Assembly (NCBI RefSeq): GCF_000143415.4 | Contig: NW_003314262.1 | Coordinates: forward strand, 2,840,603-2,904,602 | DNA length: 64,000 nt | DNA from: Selaginella moellendorffii | Lineage: Eukaryota; Plantae; Lycopodiophyta | Direction: 5' to 3' | Shown here: positions 1-13,162 of the stretch, piece by piece | Layout: every line of letters starts with the position of its first letter | Numbering within the stretch: position 1 is the first letter of the stretch | Program-made: the position numbers and the translations under genes | Notes under the pieces: generated by a model | Told to the model about the DNA's origin: nothing | Database searches by the model: none | What the model saw: the letters and a program-made list of their open reading frames with translations, nothing else

Positions 1-3
1 CTA

Positions 4-316
4 GATTGGCGTCGGGAAAGCTTGCGATCACAGTCTACTTCCATGGAATCTTTGTGCACAGGGAAATCTACGATCTGTGCCAGAAAACAAGCTGTCCAGT
101 GGAAGCAGGAAACTTTGTGCTCAAGAGCTCCCAAAACTTGCCATCGGTCACGCCATCGGTAAGAAGATCTTCGTACAAACTTTGTATCTAAAGTTTTTTT
201 TCTTGCAGGGAGCGTATCGATTGAAGCTCGAGATGTTAGACCCCAAGAACAAACTCCTCGCTTGCGCGATGGTCAATTTCGATATTGTAAGACCAAATCC
301 ACTCGCCGATCAATGA
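4..316 (+). CDS. 3' part of an ML (MD-2-related lipid-recognition) domain protein; 5' end is outside the window
   Basis: SGKLAITVYFHGIFVHREIYDLCQKTSCPVEAGNFVLKSSQNLPSVTP, intron 159-208, then GAYRLKLEMLD..LACAMVNFDI; typical plant ML-domain pattern. Confidence 0.85.
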
Positions 317-537
317 GAAAGGATTTAATTCTAGCCGTAGAGTTTGTGATCCAACCGCTACAATTGCCCCACGCCATCCGTGAGAACGTTATACTACGCG
401 TCCGTGGTGGCAGTGGGCGTTTCTGGGGTTTCTATCCTTTCTTTGGATCACTCTCGATCGATCGCGCGCCGTGGAATGCCACCGATTTTCTCCGCGATCG
501 CCCTCGTCTCGGCAGGAATTCTTGGATCGCGCCCCCG

Positions 538-1960
538 ATGGACATCGCCGTGGGCGGCAACATGGCCGCCAGGCCCAAGATGCTGATGTGCTACCTCTGC
601 GGCCGCGAGTATGGAACAAAGAGGTAAAGCTTCGATTCGATCTCACTGCCGCGCGATCTTGCTGTGAGACTTTGGTGATATTTCGTGGCCAGTTTGCCGA
701 TCCACATCCCGCAGTGCCAGAAGAAATGGCTAGCTGAGGAGGAGCTCAAGCCGCCAAAGGAGCGCCGGCCATTGCCGCTGCCGCCCGCCGAGATTCCCAT
801 CGCGACGAGCTCGGGAGGCTACAATGTGGATGCATTCAACGACGCGTGAGCTCCATTCCAAATTTCTTGCTTTGATCCTCAAGTTCTTTCTCTCTCTTTC
901 CTTCAAAGATTTCTCTCTCTTTGTCGAGAATTTCCATTCTTCTCAGACTCAGAGTGAGCTCTTCCAATCTATTCCTTCGTAGACATTTCATTTCATTCTC
1001 TCTCATCCTTTGTCCATTCTTCTCTTCCAATCCCTTCCCTTGAAGTCCATTTCATTCTTTTTCTCTCTCTTGGTCGAGAATTTCCATTCTTCTCAGTGTG
1101 AGCTCTTCCAATCCATGTAGATCATTCTTTCTTCCATCACTCTCTCAGAGTGAGCCCTTCCAATCCGTTCCTAGATCATTCTTTTCTTCCATCTCTCTCT
1201 CTCTCTCTCTCTCCCCCCTCAGAATGAGCTCTTCCTATTTCCTCTTCGTGATCAAAGTTCTTACTGATTTTGTGGATGAATGTTTCGCAGGGCCTATGCG
1301 CAATGGGAAGGCAATTTGGAGCAATGCCCTCACTGCGATCGAAAGTTTCGTCCGGAAGCTTTCAAGCACCATCAAAAGAGCTGTACGGCCCTTCGCCCCG
1401 CCAAAAAAGCTGGAACCGGGCTCACTGCCGCGGCGCTCTCCAATCGCCTGCCACCTGGACTCGTCCAACGTGGCGCAAGTACGTCCGTCCATTCCCTTTT
1501 TTTAAATCCTTTGCTTGAAACAAGGACGTTTCTTCCAGAACAGGTTGCTGGATCATCTTCCTCTGGGGCTTCGAGATTGAAGGCAAGTACATTTTATCTC
1601 CGAGAACTTTGGAAGCTTGTCATCTAATGCTTGCACAATCTAAACAGATCTTGATTAAAATTCGTGCTCGCCTCCATCTCCTCTCAGCTGTGATCATGCA
1701 CAGGTTGAAGTAGAAGTCGGGGGCTCCAGCTCCGGTTCCAAAGGACGACAAAAGTGGTCGCTCCCGTGCACGACTGTGAGTGTTCCTATCGATTCTTTTC
1801 TTTCTTTCCGCGAGAACTCACGAGAGAAATTTTTGATTGCGAGAAGACTCCATGTAATCCGGGAGAAAGGTGTGACAAATGCGACGTTCCTTATGGTCGA
1901 TCGGATGCAAAGTTTTGCTCGGAATGCGGTGCCAAGAGATCGACGCTGCCAACCAAGTAA
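538..1960 (+). CDS. C2HC zinc-finger protein, ZNF474/ZC2HC1-like, multi-exon
   Basis: [24 protein letters not shown], second finger CPHCDRKFRPEAFKHHQKSC, C-terminal ribbon CDKC..KFCSECG; GT-AG introns at about 624-691, 846-1290 and further downstream. Confidence 0.75.
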
Positions 1961-2460
1961 GAAAGAAGTAAGGTTTAATCTTCTTCTATGATTTCGATGC
2001 GGGAGTTCTCACAAGAAGCCACACGCTTGTGATCTCGTGTTCTTCCAGGAACAATTCGCTTCGTGTCAAAGTTTGAAAGAGGAATATACTCATAACCGGA
2101 ATCATTCCTGTCCGATTCTCTCTTCGTTTTGCCTTTTTTTAGCATGCTAACCAAATAGGAGCATTAAGCGCCGTATCAACGACCGGGATGCGTTGGTCGT
2201 ACGTGGCACGATCGCGGCCCTCGAAACGCCGCTTCTACGATTATTTTTTCCGCTAGGAGGACGGCAAGGCGCTAGGGATTGAGAAGAAAGAGTGGCCTGC
2301 GAGAGATTAGGCGCGGCGATGGTGGATGCGCGAAAGGTCGTGGACTAGTCGGCGCGAGCTTGGAGATCCACTCTAGCTGTAGGGTTTTGGGCCGGGCTGC
2401 TAGGGCTTTTCGACGCAATCGTCGGCAATTCCTCGCGGAAATTCCAGCTTGCTCGTCGCG

Positions 2461-5188
2461 ATGGAGGAGGATTTGGACTGCCCGCTGTGCATGGAGGAGA
2501 TGGATATTACGGACCGGCACTTGAAGCCGTGCCACTGCGGCTACCAGGTTTGAGCTGTGGAAGAAGAAATCGGTGGAGCGTTGTCGATAATCCGTGTGTG
2601 TGCTTCGCAGATTTGCGTGTGGTGCTGGCACCAGGTGATGGAAAATGCGGCCAAGGAGAACACCGAAGGGCGGTGCCCGGCATGCCGAACGCCATATGAC
2701 AAGGACAAGGTCGTCGGGACGCGGTTAAGCTGCTCCGAGTAAGAACTTTAGACTTTAGATGAGGCTGTGAGAAAAGGCTGATTCTTTGCTCGTCATTGTG
2801 ATTGCAAGGCTCGAGTTTACAGCCAGCAAGAGGAAATCGCACAAGGCCAAGTCGAAGACGCAGGAGGGAAGAAAGCATCTAAGCAATGTACGAGTAGTAC
2901 AGCGTAATCTCGTCTACATTGTCGGCTTTCCGGTGAACTTCGCTGATGAAGAGGTGAGACTTTGTTTCTCTGTTCTTCGGGTCTTGGTAACGCCATGCCG
3001 TGTGAAGCAGATGCTGGAGAGGCGAGATTTTTTTGGGCAGTATGGCAAGATTTTGAAGGTTGCGGTATCTAGGCAGCATTCGCATAATGGTCCCACTGCA
3101 AGCGTGTAAGTTTTAGTTTGTTCAGCTTTTGTGTTTGAGAACTCACACAGATTATTCTTCGTCAGGTATGTGACTTTTGTCAGAGATGATGATGCAGTGA
3201 AATGCATAAATGCTATAGATGGTTGCATCTTTGAGGGAAAGTTGTTGAGGTATCAACTACAATCATCAGATTGTAATGCGCGACTGATAAATTTGTTTCT
3301 GGCTGCAGAGCTTGTTTCGGGACTAACAAGTATTGTAACTCGTGGCTAAAGAATTTGGTGAGTCTCGTTTAATTTTCCGATTGCTCTTACTGACTCGCCT
3401 TGTGAAGCCGTGCAACAACCCGGATTGTCTATACTTGCATGACGAGGGGCCCGACGAGGACAGCTATACCAAGGAGGAGATGATTGCAAAGTATGGCAAG
3501 TATGTGTCGATCCTGACCATCTTTCGCTTGCACTGACTTTTAGCTTCTTCCAGTAAGATCCAGTTTAATGATCTTACAAGGCCGCCTCATCGGGCCGCCG
3601 GAGTCTTGCCGCCACCTGCGGAAGGGAGCTGCTCAGCTGCGGTATGCATTCTGTTTGTTTTAAGCTTGTACATCATTTCACGACGTTTCTAACTTGCCAG
3701 ATGGGACAAAGTCAACAGACTCCGAACAAAGTTCCAGTTTCAAAGCCAGCTAGTTCTCCTGTGCCGAAGCTGACTAATCTTCCTCCAGCTGCTGCATGGT
3801 AGGACGTCCACTTTTTGTTTTTCCACTTACAATATTCTTCGACAGGGGTATGCGAGACACACCAGCAAAGACCATGAAAGCCGAACCTCAAACAGACTCC
3901 AGTCAAGAAAGCACCAGTCCTGTTCATGCATACCGATCATCTATGGATTCACAGCATGATGGGGACGCCTTTCAGGAGAAAGCAGCCAGTGATAATCCGG
4001 TTCAGTTGAACGTCGGCGAGATGAGTATCAGTCTTGGCTCCGATCTTCCCAATGGACATGCACTATGCTCCGAGATTTTGAGCCCTCCTGGTGCCGAGAG
4101 CAACATGATCTCTGCGTTAGAAAGACTGGACCTTGGTGTTCAAGACACAGAAACTCCAAGGCCGAGCAGTTCTTCAAGCACTCTGGATCCAAAGCTTGCG
4201 CGAGCGACGAGCAACGAACCTGCCGAAAGTAACATCATAGCTGACATATTGACCATGGACTTCAGTGAGGACGGTGCGAGTCCAGGAGATTTGACAAAGC
4301 TTTTCCTGACCGGGAGATCTACACCGAAGCCGGCTGACGATTTTCTGGAGTCTCCTCTTCCTTGGAAGCCTCATGGGAAGCAGCAGTCACGCTTTTCTTT
4401 CGCTCGTCAGGAAGACATAGGCTACGAACCGTCGACCAGCAATCAACATGCTCTTGAGAGTACGCTGGGTGGATTTCCCTTGGAAGCACCGTTGCTCTCT
4501 AGAAGCCAGTCGATATCGTCTGCTGATCCTGGTAAGCTATGTGAGCTACAGTAGTTTTCACTTATTTCTTCTCTTTTGTTTCAGTGCATACCTCTACGAT
4601 GAAGGCACGGTTATTTGCACCGCCGGGATTCTCTGGTACTTCGGTTCCTCCTCCGGGGTTCTCTCTCAGGAGCTCTAGCAGTATGCCCCCCAGTCCTGCA
4701 GGTATGTCGCCTTTCATTTGCTCAATGCTCGATCCAGGATGTCTTGTATAGGTGGCCGACTCAACGAATTCGATCTCATTGATCCTGCGATTATGGCGGT
4801 TGGTCGAAGCCCTTTGCAGAACGATATCTCTAGGACGATGCGGCTTCAACATAAAGCAGGCATTCGGCAGTTTTTCCCTCCTACAGACCATGGCGACGTG
4901 GGTGCTTTGGCGAGGCAGTACGACAATCCACTCTCTCCGTATTCTCCAAGTTCTGCGAGGAACTACAGGGCCGTTTCGACAGTAGATAATAGCTGGGTAG
5001 GGGGTTACAGCGCTGAGGCCTTGGCGAAGTTCAAGAGAGGTGGCATCGGATTGGGTAGCACGGGAGTTCCGAACTCCATGAGACCTGGCGATGGCGACAG
5101 TATCTTCTCCTCGAACAGAAACCAAGCCTTCGATCACTACATGAGCGAGCAGTCTTTCCAGGCCGATATTCAGGGGGCATTTGTATAG
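2461..5188 (+). CDS. NOT4: CCR4-NOT subunit 4 (C4C4 RING + RRM + C3H) E3 ligase, multi-exon
   Basis: CPLCMEEMDITDRHLKPCHCGYQICVWCWH..GRCPACRTPY; RKHLSNVRVVQRNLVYIVG; FFGQYGKILK; FGTNKYC..CNNPDCLYLH. Confidence 0.93.
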
Positions 5189-5659
5189 CACGGACGATTT
5201 CTTCACAGCATTCGCGCGCACGGGAGGAGAAAATCTTTCTTCACGTAGGCATTGTGTCGACTTAGGTGAGCTACTTCTTCCCTTTCTGTTTGCTGCGCTT
5301 GTTTCTAACGCGGTTGAAAATGCTGTTACAGAATAAAGAACTTGAAGCTGGTGGGAAAGGACGTGCGCGAAAAGATTCACGTCAAGGAGAGGCCCAGGCT
5401 GTTGCGCGAGTGTGAATAACCGAGAGCTTGACAATGTAGGCACCTCTTTTTTTTTTTCCTTCACATTTCGTTCTGCGAATTACAATTTTTTGGACTGATG
5501 GCAGCAGGGAAATGTGGCTGTCTGTTCATATGTATAAAAGAGAGATTTTTGTTTCAACCCGATCGGTACCAAGCGTCTGGTAAAGAAAAACAAAGCGAGA
5601 AGCTTGCTTTCAATTTTGATTTGCGTGACGAGTTCGTTATTCTAACTAGTGCTCCTTGG

Positions 5660-6028
5660 CTATGGGGATCTCTTGCAGCGGTAAGTGAAACGGGAGGACG
5701 GGATACCACACTGGAAGGGGATTTTGTCGATGGCTGGCCAGTTGGGGATCATCTGGGGGCTTTGGCCGTACAGAAGCGATGAGGCGAGCTGGCTCCAGCG
5801 GACGTGCTTGGAAGTGGTGCAAGCGCAGGCGTCGTCGTGGGTGAGAGCTCGGAGCGCGCTGCAGCATTCTGGCGATGGCGGTGGAGGCAGGATGTCGAAG
5901 GCCGAGACGAGGCAGGGCTGGAACTCCTCCCGGACTTGGTCGCACAGATTGGGTGACGAGAAACAAGAGCAGCAGCAGTGGAGATAGCAGCAGCACAGCA
6001 GCCAGAAGAAGCGCTGGGGGATTGTCAT
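5660..6028 (-). CDS. nsLTP/prolamin-superfamily 8-Cys secreted protein
   Basis: Hydrophobic N-terminus from ATG 6028; C-X9-C..CC..CXC..C..C pattern (PSPECCSAL, ACAC, IPFQC). Confidence 0.75.
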   Translation of the reverse strand: MTIPQRFFWLLCCCYLHCCCSCFSSPNLCDQVREEFQPCLVSAFDILPPPPSPECCSALRALTHDDACACTTSKHVRWSQLASSLLYGQSPQMIPNWPAIDKIPFQCGIPSSRFTYRCKRSP

Positions 6029-6542
6029 CTTGGTCGCGAGAGCAACACGAGGGAGAACTTGGCGTGGAGCGAGAGGTTTTGAAGATCGCGCTAGAAGTCT
6101 CGGACATAGTATGAGCAACCTACTTGGAATTCATACTTTTTCAAAGATTGAAAGATCTACCACCTTTATCGAATATTTTAGACCTTTGTCGAATGATTCT
6201 CCATTTTAGGGTTTGATCTTCACCTTTTCTATTTTGTATTTTGTTCCAAAAAGGCTTACTTATTACTAGTTTGCAAACTAGAAGTCTTATGTTTATATAC
6301 TAACTTACGTTTTGCAATTGCAAGAGAAAATTCTCTGTATCCATAGGGCACAGTGTTCGTTGATGGGTGAGAGTTTTCGAGATTTCTCTACTATTGGTTC
6401 TCTAAATTCCATATGGATGCCCATTGTAATTGCCACACGAAGTTGGCATCGAATTTGCATTTTGATCTAGTTGAGTGACGTGTAAAACGATCCCGGGAAC
6501 CTGGTGATTGGAACCTGGTTTCCAAAGTTTTGTTCCGAGTTG

Positions 6543-9500
6543 TCAAATCGTGGTTCGCTTTGCACGCTTTCCTCCTCCCGCTGCTACTCCCCCTCCTGCT
6601 TTGTGTTGCTGCTGGACGCTGCAACTGGAGCTGTTGTTCTGTCCCGGCGACGAAGAGAATATGGAGCTCGAGGGCCTCTTGAAGCTCCTGGAAGTTGAGA
6701 GCAGCGGAGTAGCAGCTGGCTGATTCCGGTACTTGAAGTTCTCCCACAGCGTGAAGATGTCGTTGCTCGGCTTCTTCCTCTTAACTCCACCACCTTCTTT
6801 TGTAGCAGCAGCAGGAACACTTGCAGTAGCGTCCTTTCTCTTCCTCGTCGAAGTGCTACGAGTCGGAGTCTCGTCGTGCACCATCAGAGGTGGCGCTGCC
6901 GGCGGGGGTCTCTTGAGATTCTTCTTGCTTTGCTCGCGAGCGCTCAGCCAACTCTTCAAAGCGTCCTTGACGGAGGAGGACGACGAAGATTGGCGCCTGT
7001 TTGAGGAGAAGCCAAAGCCGCTCGCCGTGTACTTCTTGCTGACAATGTCTTCTCGCCCCTCGATGTCATCGAGAGCCACCGCTTCAAAGGTGTGCGCCGC
7101 TGGAATAGCTGGCGACTCGTCCCAGTCCTCGTCTAGCTGCCCGGCGGGCGGAAAGTATGGAGCCGACGTGAAATGGTCCCCCGAGTTCCATTCCTCGTCC
7201 AGCTCGGCCGCGGGAGGAAAATACTGGAATTCATGTCTGTCGCTGCACGATGGAGGCTTCTGTTCTAGAGGTTCGACTGCACGCTGTCGTCCATATCCGT
7301 CTATAAAGTCCTGATTCTTTTGTCCACGTCCCACACGTCTCTCGACTTGTCCATACTCGCACTGGGATTTGAAGAGCTGCAGCGAGTGGGAAGATATGGC
7401 GAAAGGCTTTGCGGCTGCGAGCTGCTCCGGTGGTGCCATTGCTATGAAGGCGGCGAGAGTTTTCTCGGAAGATAAGATGGCGTGAGCGGTGAGCGGGTTG
7501 ATTGTCGGCGACTCTGTCAGAAATGCTTCCGCCACAGTGGGGGACTCTGTCATTCGAGGAAACGTACGAGAGGTGGCGCTGGTTTGAGCTTCCTTGACGC
7601 AGCTCAAAACGATCGAGTCGGTGTTTGCCGGATCACGGGAAACGAAGCATTGGGCGTGGATGCTGAGACCAACGGCTGCTGCGTAGACGTCATCGATATT
7701 TTGAAGGACGGCAGTCGTGAATCTTCTGTCACCTTCAAAGACCTGACAGAGAATACAATATCAGTTATAAGAGGGAGCAAACTGAAGAGCTTACCATGAT
7801 GCATTGCTGGAAGGCAAAGCTGATGGCCTTCATATCATTGTCGATAATGCTCTCGATCCACGCCGAGACGCCCTCCACACTGTTCGCTTGTTCATGCATG
7901 CAGAGCTTCTCCGGGCTGTAAAAGACGAGGCACTTTGTAGGACTCAGAATGACGTCGATCGGTAGCCTTAGTTCCCTCTCCACCACCTGCGCTCCACCCT
8001 TTTCAACAGCAAGAATTCGCTGGTACGTACTCCTCCTGGAAATCAGTCCGTGCTTGTTGACGAGCCTGCTGTTCACCACGAAAATCCCCGTGCATGTCTG
8101 ACTCGACGGCAGCCTTGCACCAGGAACCCCAAAGTTGCCACTCCGCCGCTTAGCATCGGTTCGCTTAGCATCACGTAGAGGCACCTTTAGATCGAGTGAA
8201 ACGTGCGCTTCGCTGACTCTAGCCGGACCGATGGGCTCTGTGGGAAATTCCAATGGTGGCAGTTTTGAGTCTTGAGAGACGCTACTGCTCTCCCTGCCTG
8301 GTTGATGTGGAGCTGGAGCAGTGGCGATTTTCTCCACAAGACCCCAGAGATGATGGCTCCTGAAGTAGAAGCACCGGTGATCATTGCAAGTGTTGCTTTC
8401 GGAGAGATGCCAGTCCAGATATATGAAGTCCGTGGCAGACGGCTGAGAGTACTTGGCAAGAGAAGCCAGAGTCCCAAAAATGAATTCTTCCACCTTTTCC
8501 TCCCTGTCGCTGAAGTGGAGCGCTGGAACCGGCAAAAGCTTGACGAGATGGCAGCGTAGAGAAAGCTCTGGAACGAGCACCAGCTTCTCATACAATTGTG
8601 GCGTCACTATATAGTTGTCCAGGAACTCGAGCTGGACGTGCTGCATGGCCAATGAGTCTACCATCTGTGCGACAGTGTGTTCCTCTAGTCCCGCATCAGG
8701 GATATCAACTTGCTTAGTTTCCAGCATGGAAACTTTCCCAAGAGTCGAGCTCCCGAACAGCGATTCTTCTTTCGGTCCTTGCTGATCAAGAGATGGAAAG
8801 TATGGCAGGGATAGCTCTGGGATGATAACTAGCTTCTCGAACACCTGTGGTGCCGCCAGCTGCTCCAAAATCCCGAGATCGATTGGCTGGATAGCTAGAC
8901 CTGATGCTAAAGCCTGTGGATCCCAAGCCAGCTCCTCACTGTGTTCTTCCATCCCAGAGCCATCCAGTGACGTGAAAAGATCTGGAAAATCCACCTCCTC
9001 GCTCTCCAGAACGAATATCTGCCTTGAAACGCGAGAAGGGAAATTCCGAGAGACCACCACCGGCTGGAACTCCACAGGCTCGATGTGGAGAACCGCGGCC
9101 TGGCGATCCAGGGCAGCCAATTCTCCTTCTTCTTCTTCTTCCAGCGGTAGCTCACGCTGCGCGCTGAAAATCTCTTCTTGGATTGAGAAATCCTCTTCCG
9201 GAGAATCAACCTCGGGGATTTCCAGCACGAATATCGGCAAGCACGGCAGCGTCGGCGGCGCCCTGGGGACTTGATCTAAGATCGGCCGGCATTCCAGCTT
9301 GAACGGGAGAAGACTCTCCAAGAGCTTGTCCCGGAGGCCCGGCCGGAGTGATTCCAAGCACGCGCCTAGCTCCGGCAGCGGCCTCTCATCGATTTGCTGC
9401 TGTGCTTGCGCGAGGACGATCTCCGGTAGCTGCGATCGCTGCTGCTGCTGCTGCCGATCGAAATCTTGGAGCTGGAGAGCGCAGACATGGAGGATCGATC

Positions 9501-9570
9501 TTGCGCAGGCAAGCGTGGCATTCTCGGCGGCCCTGTCGAAGAAATCCGCGTCGAGATACCTGAGCCGCAT
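6543..9570 (-). CDS. SHOC1: SHORTAGE IN CHIASMATA 1 (Zip2/XPF-like meiotic crossover protein), 2 exons
   Basis: N-terminus MRLRYLDADFF; DFIYLDWHL; RRSTYQRILAVEKGGAQVVERELRLPIDVILS; INPLTAHAILSS; intron 7794-7743 joins the two long ORFs in frame. Confidence 0.88.
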
Positions 9571-9760
9571 CACTTGTCCGTTAAACCCTAGTTCTTTTAG
9601 AAGAATATTCCAGATATTTGCAATAAACAAAAAAGGTTAGCTTCATCAACCATGAAGTTAACCATAACTTTATCGAATATCCCGATTACAGGGTCACTTT
9701 ATCGAATATTCTTAAGATTCTCCTTCTTCTTGCAAGGGTTTAGGGTTTATCTCCAATGGC

Positions 9761-12459
9761 ATGAGAAGGACGCTTGCGCTGCACCAATGCAGTCGCAGGC
9801 CTCACAAGAAGCCTCTTCTAGACAGGGGCAGCCTCGCGGGATCTGGATCCGGCGACGCCGTGAGAAGGGAATTGGATCGCCTGGAAGCCCTCGATCGCGC
9901 GGCCGACGCGGATACCTATGCCGTCCTCATCCGCCAATGCACGCTCGCGCGGGCAGTCCCCGAGGGCCGGCGCGTCCACGCCCACATCTCCAAGCACGGA
10001 TGCCGCGACTCCTTCCTCCTCAATCTCCTCGTCCAGATGTTTGGGCGATTCGGCTGCGTCGCGGATGCCAGCCGCGTCTTCGATTCCATCCCGGCGAGGA
10101 ACTGCTACTCGTGGAACATCATGGTCGCGGCATTTGCCCAGAACGGGCATTTGCAGCAGGCCAGGATCACCTTCGATCAAATGCCGCCCAGCGACAGGAG
10201 CGTGATCTCCTGGACGGCGCTCATCACCGCGCACTCGCAGAACGGTGCCGCCGCCACCGCGATCCAGCTCTTCGCGCTCATGGATCTGGATGGGATCCGC
10301 GCCGACACCATCACCTTCGTAAGCGTCATCGATGCGTGCTCGAGCTTGCGGAGAATCGACCTCGGCATCGCCGTTCACGTGGAGGCCCGGGAGAGCGGTA
10401 CAGAGATGCACTACGCGGTGGCCACCGCGCTGGTTAGCATGTACGGCAAGTGCCGGCGATTGGAGCGCTCGAAAGAGATGTTCGATCGGATGGAAGAGCG
10501 CAACATGGTGACGTGGACGGCCATGATCACGGCGTATGCGCAGAATGCGCAGCTCGACTGGGCGGTGGAGATCTTCCGCCAGATTCCGGAAAGGAATGTC
10601 GTGTGCGCGACCGCGCTCGTCGCAGCGCTTGCCCAGAACGGGCATTTGCGCGACGCCGAGGAGCTGTTCTTGGGCATGGAAGATCGCAACAGCGTTTCGT
10701 GGGGGACGATGATCGCGGCTTACAATCAGAGTGGAGATCCCGCGAAGGCGCTGGAAGTGTTCGATGCGATGGAAGGCGATGGGATCCGGCCGGACAAATG
10801 CGTGTTCGTGAGCGCGCTCGAGGCCTGCGGCGCGCTGGGCGATCTCGCGGTGGGCCGGAAGATCCATCGCCGGATCGCCACGGCGAGGATGGAGGAGAAT
10901 TTGATCGTCGCGAATGGGCTCATCGCGATGTATGGGAAGTGTGGCGGCGTGGAGGAGGCGAGAGCGGTGTTTGATTCGACGCCCCAGAGATCCCTCCTCT
11001 CGTGGAACCTGATGATCGCAGCGTATGCCCAGAATGGGCATCCCCGCCACTGCTCGATCGGATGCCCGAGAGGGATCTGGTGGGCTGTAACACGGTGCTC
11101 ATCGCCGACGCCCACGACGCCAATGTCGCCAGCGTCGAGCGATTGTTCGCGGCGATGGAGGAGGGCGATGTGGTGTCAAGGAACGCGGTGATGCTCGCGC
11201 TGGTGCTGTGCGATCGCGAGGAGGAGGCGCTGGCAGGCTTCCGGATCATGGATCTAGATGGCATACAGCCCAATCGCGTGACGTTTCTCTCGATCCTGGA
11301 CGCGTGCTCGTCGCTCGCCTCGATCGAATTCGGCCGCGTCGTGCACGCTTGCATCGTCGATTCGTGCTTCGCGGGCGATGTTCACGTCGGGACGTCGCTG
11401 GTGACGATGTTTGGGAGATGCGAGCACGCCCAAGAGGCGGACGCGGCGTTCCACGCCATCGTCGCGAAGAACATCCTGGCCTGGACTGCGATCCTATCCG
11501 CAAATGCTCTCTCCGGGCATTTGGATGCCGCGAGAATGGTATTTGATCTTCTTCCACTTCGCGACCTCGCGGCCTGGAACGCTATGATCACTGGATACGC
11601 GCAGTTCGGCCACAGTGATCCAGCGCGAGAGCTCTTCGATCAGATGCCGGAGAGGAATGTGATATCCTGGACTGGAATGATCTCCGCGTATGCCTATAGC
11701 GGGCATCGTCGCGAAGCTCACGATCTCTTCAAAGCCATGGATCTTCTCGGCCAGCGACCGAACAAGATTACGTATCTCAAAGCGCTCGAGGCCTGCGCTG
11801 GGGGGATCACCGCCGCGGAGGCCCGGACGATCCACGCCAAGGCGATCGAGAGTGGATACAGCAGTGACACCCAAGTCGCGGTGGGACTCTTGAATCTCTT
11901 CGAGAAGTGTGGAAGCCTTGCGATCGCGGAGAGAGTTTTCGATGATCTTGGCGAGAGGAAGACGGTGGTGGCGTGGAGTATCATGATCAGCGCCTATGCC
12001 CAGTCCGGGCGTCCCTGGAGAAGCTTGGAGCTCTTCACGGAGATGGTGCAGAGTGGTGTGATGCCAACGGAGATCACGGTCGTGAACTTGCTCTCGGCTT
12101 GCAGTCACGGCGGGTTCTTGTATCACTCGTGGCTGTTCTTCGTGTCCATGGTTGGCGACTATGGTCTGTGTCCGATCTTGGATAACTACGTGTGCCTGGT
12201 GGATATCTTGGGACGGACAGGGCAGCTTTTGCTGGCGCAAGAGTTGCTCGAAGCGATGCCGTATGAGCCGAATGATATCGCGTGGACTTCGCTGCTAAGC
12301 TCTTGTAAGACGCAAGGCGATGGCGGGCGCGGAGCTAGCGTTGGGGACCAGGTGATGGATCTGTGTCCGAAGCACTCTGGGCCGTATAGACTCGTCTGGA
12401 ATGTGTGCGTTGGTGGTCTGGAAGAAGGAAATGGATTAGCTCTTTCTGGTATAGGATAA
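9761..12459 (+). pseudogene. PLS-class PPR protein (E-type end) with one frameshift near 11050
   Basis: Two overlapping ORFs (9761-11191, 11002-12459) of SW..MIAAYAQNGH / LVSMYGKCG repeats; LLSACSHGG and YVCLVDILGRTG near the C-terminus. Confidence 0.8.
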
Positions 12460-12477
12460 ACATCTATAAGCCATCCA

Positions 12478-12709
12478 AGTACCTTCTCAAGCTTTAGTCG
12501 AATCACATACTACAGTATCTGTGAGACCAGCTCCCGGGAGCTAAGAGGTCGCTGATAATCTTCATCAAATCCCGAGTTTTGTATGTTGCAAGTCTTCCAC
12601 CAGTGGTTTGTCCTGAGTAAAAAGGATCAAAACAGGTACCTTCTCAAATCAAATCACATACTGTTGTAGAGTATCTTTTCTCGGAGCTAAGAGGTCGCTG
12701 ATATCTTCA
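12478..12709 (+). repeat. Diverged direct repeat, two copies of about 75-85 bp
   Basis: gtaccttctcaa..aatcacatact..gtatct..ggagctaagaggtcgctgata..tcttca occurs at about 12479-12565 and 12636-12709. Confidence 0.75.
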
Positions 12710-13162
12710 CTTACTTCCCAAGCCTTGTATCGTTTGTCGAAAAATTGGGAAACACTTATTCTTTCTCTAACAACTTGAGTTCGTTGCGTACCGCACAATG
12801 GAAAGATTGCCGAATCCGTCGCACATCGCTGCTGCAAAAGTATTATAATACTCTTTTTTGGTTAGCACCACTTTGCCTAACTCTCAATCCGCATGAAGGC
12901 TATCTTAACAATTTGATCGCTGCGAGTACTAAACAATATCTAAACGATGAGCAAAGAATGCTGCGTGAGCAACCAACTTGGAACCAGAAACTCTCGAGCA
13001 AGATGAAAACAAAGAAGAAATGAAAGCCAAAACTTCCAACGAAAGATCTGCTTATAAGCCAGCTCACCACTAGCATTCTCTCCTGTCTCTCTATCTCTTT
13101 CTCAAACTCCTTCTCTCAAGTATACACACAATCGCTAAAGAAGGAAAGAAGGAAAGCATACG

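Noticed and set aside
9818-11050. Long antisense ORFs over the PPR (likewise 17035-18117 and 4562-5464)
   Set aside because: Shadow ORFs of GC-rich coding sequence with no recognisable motifs
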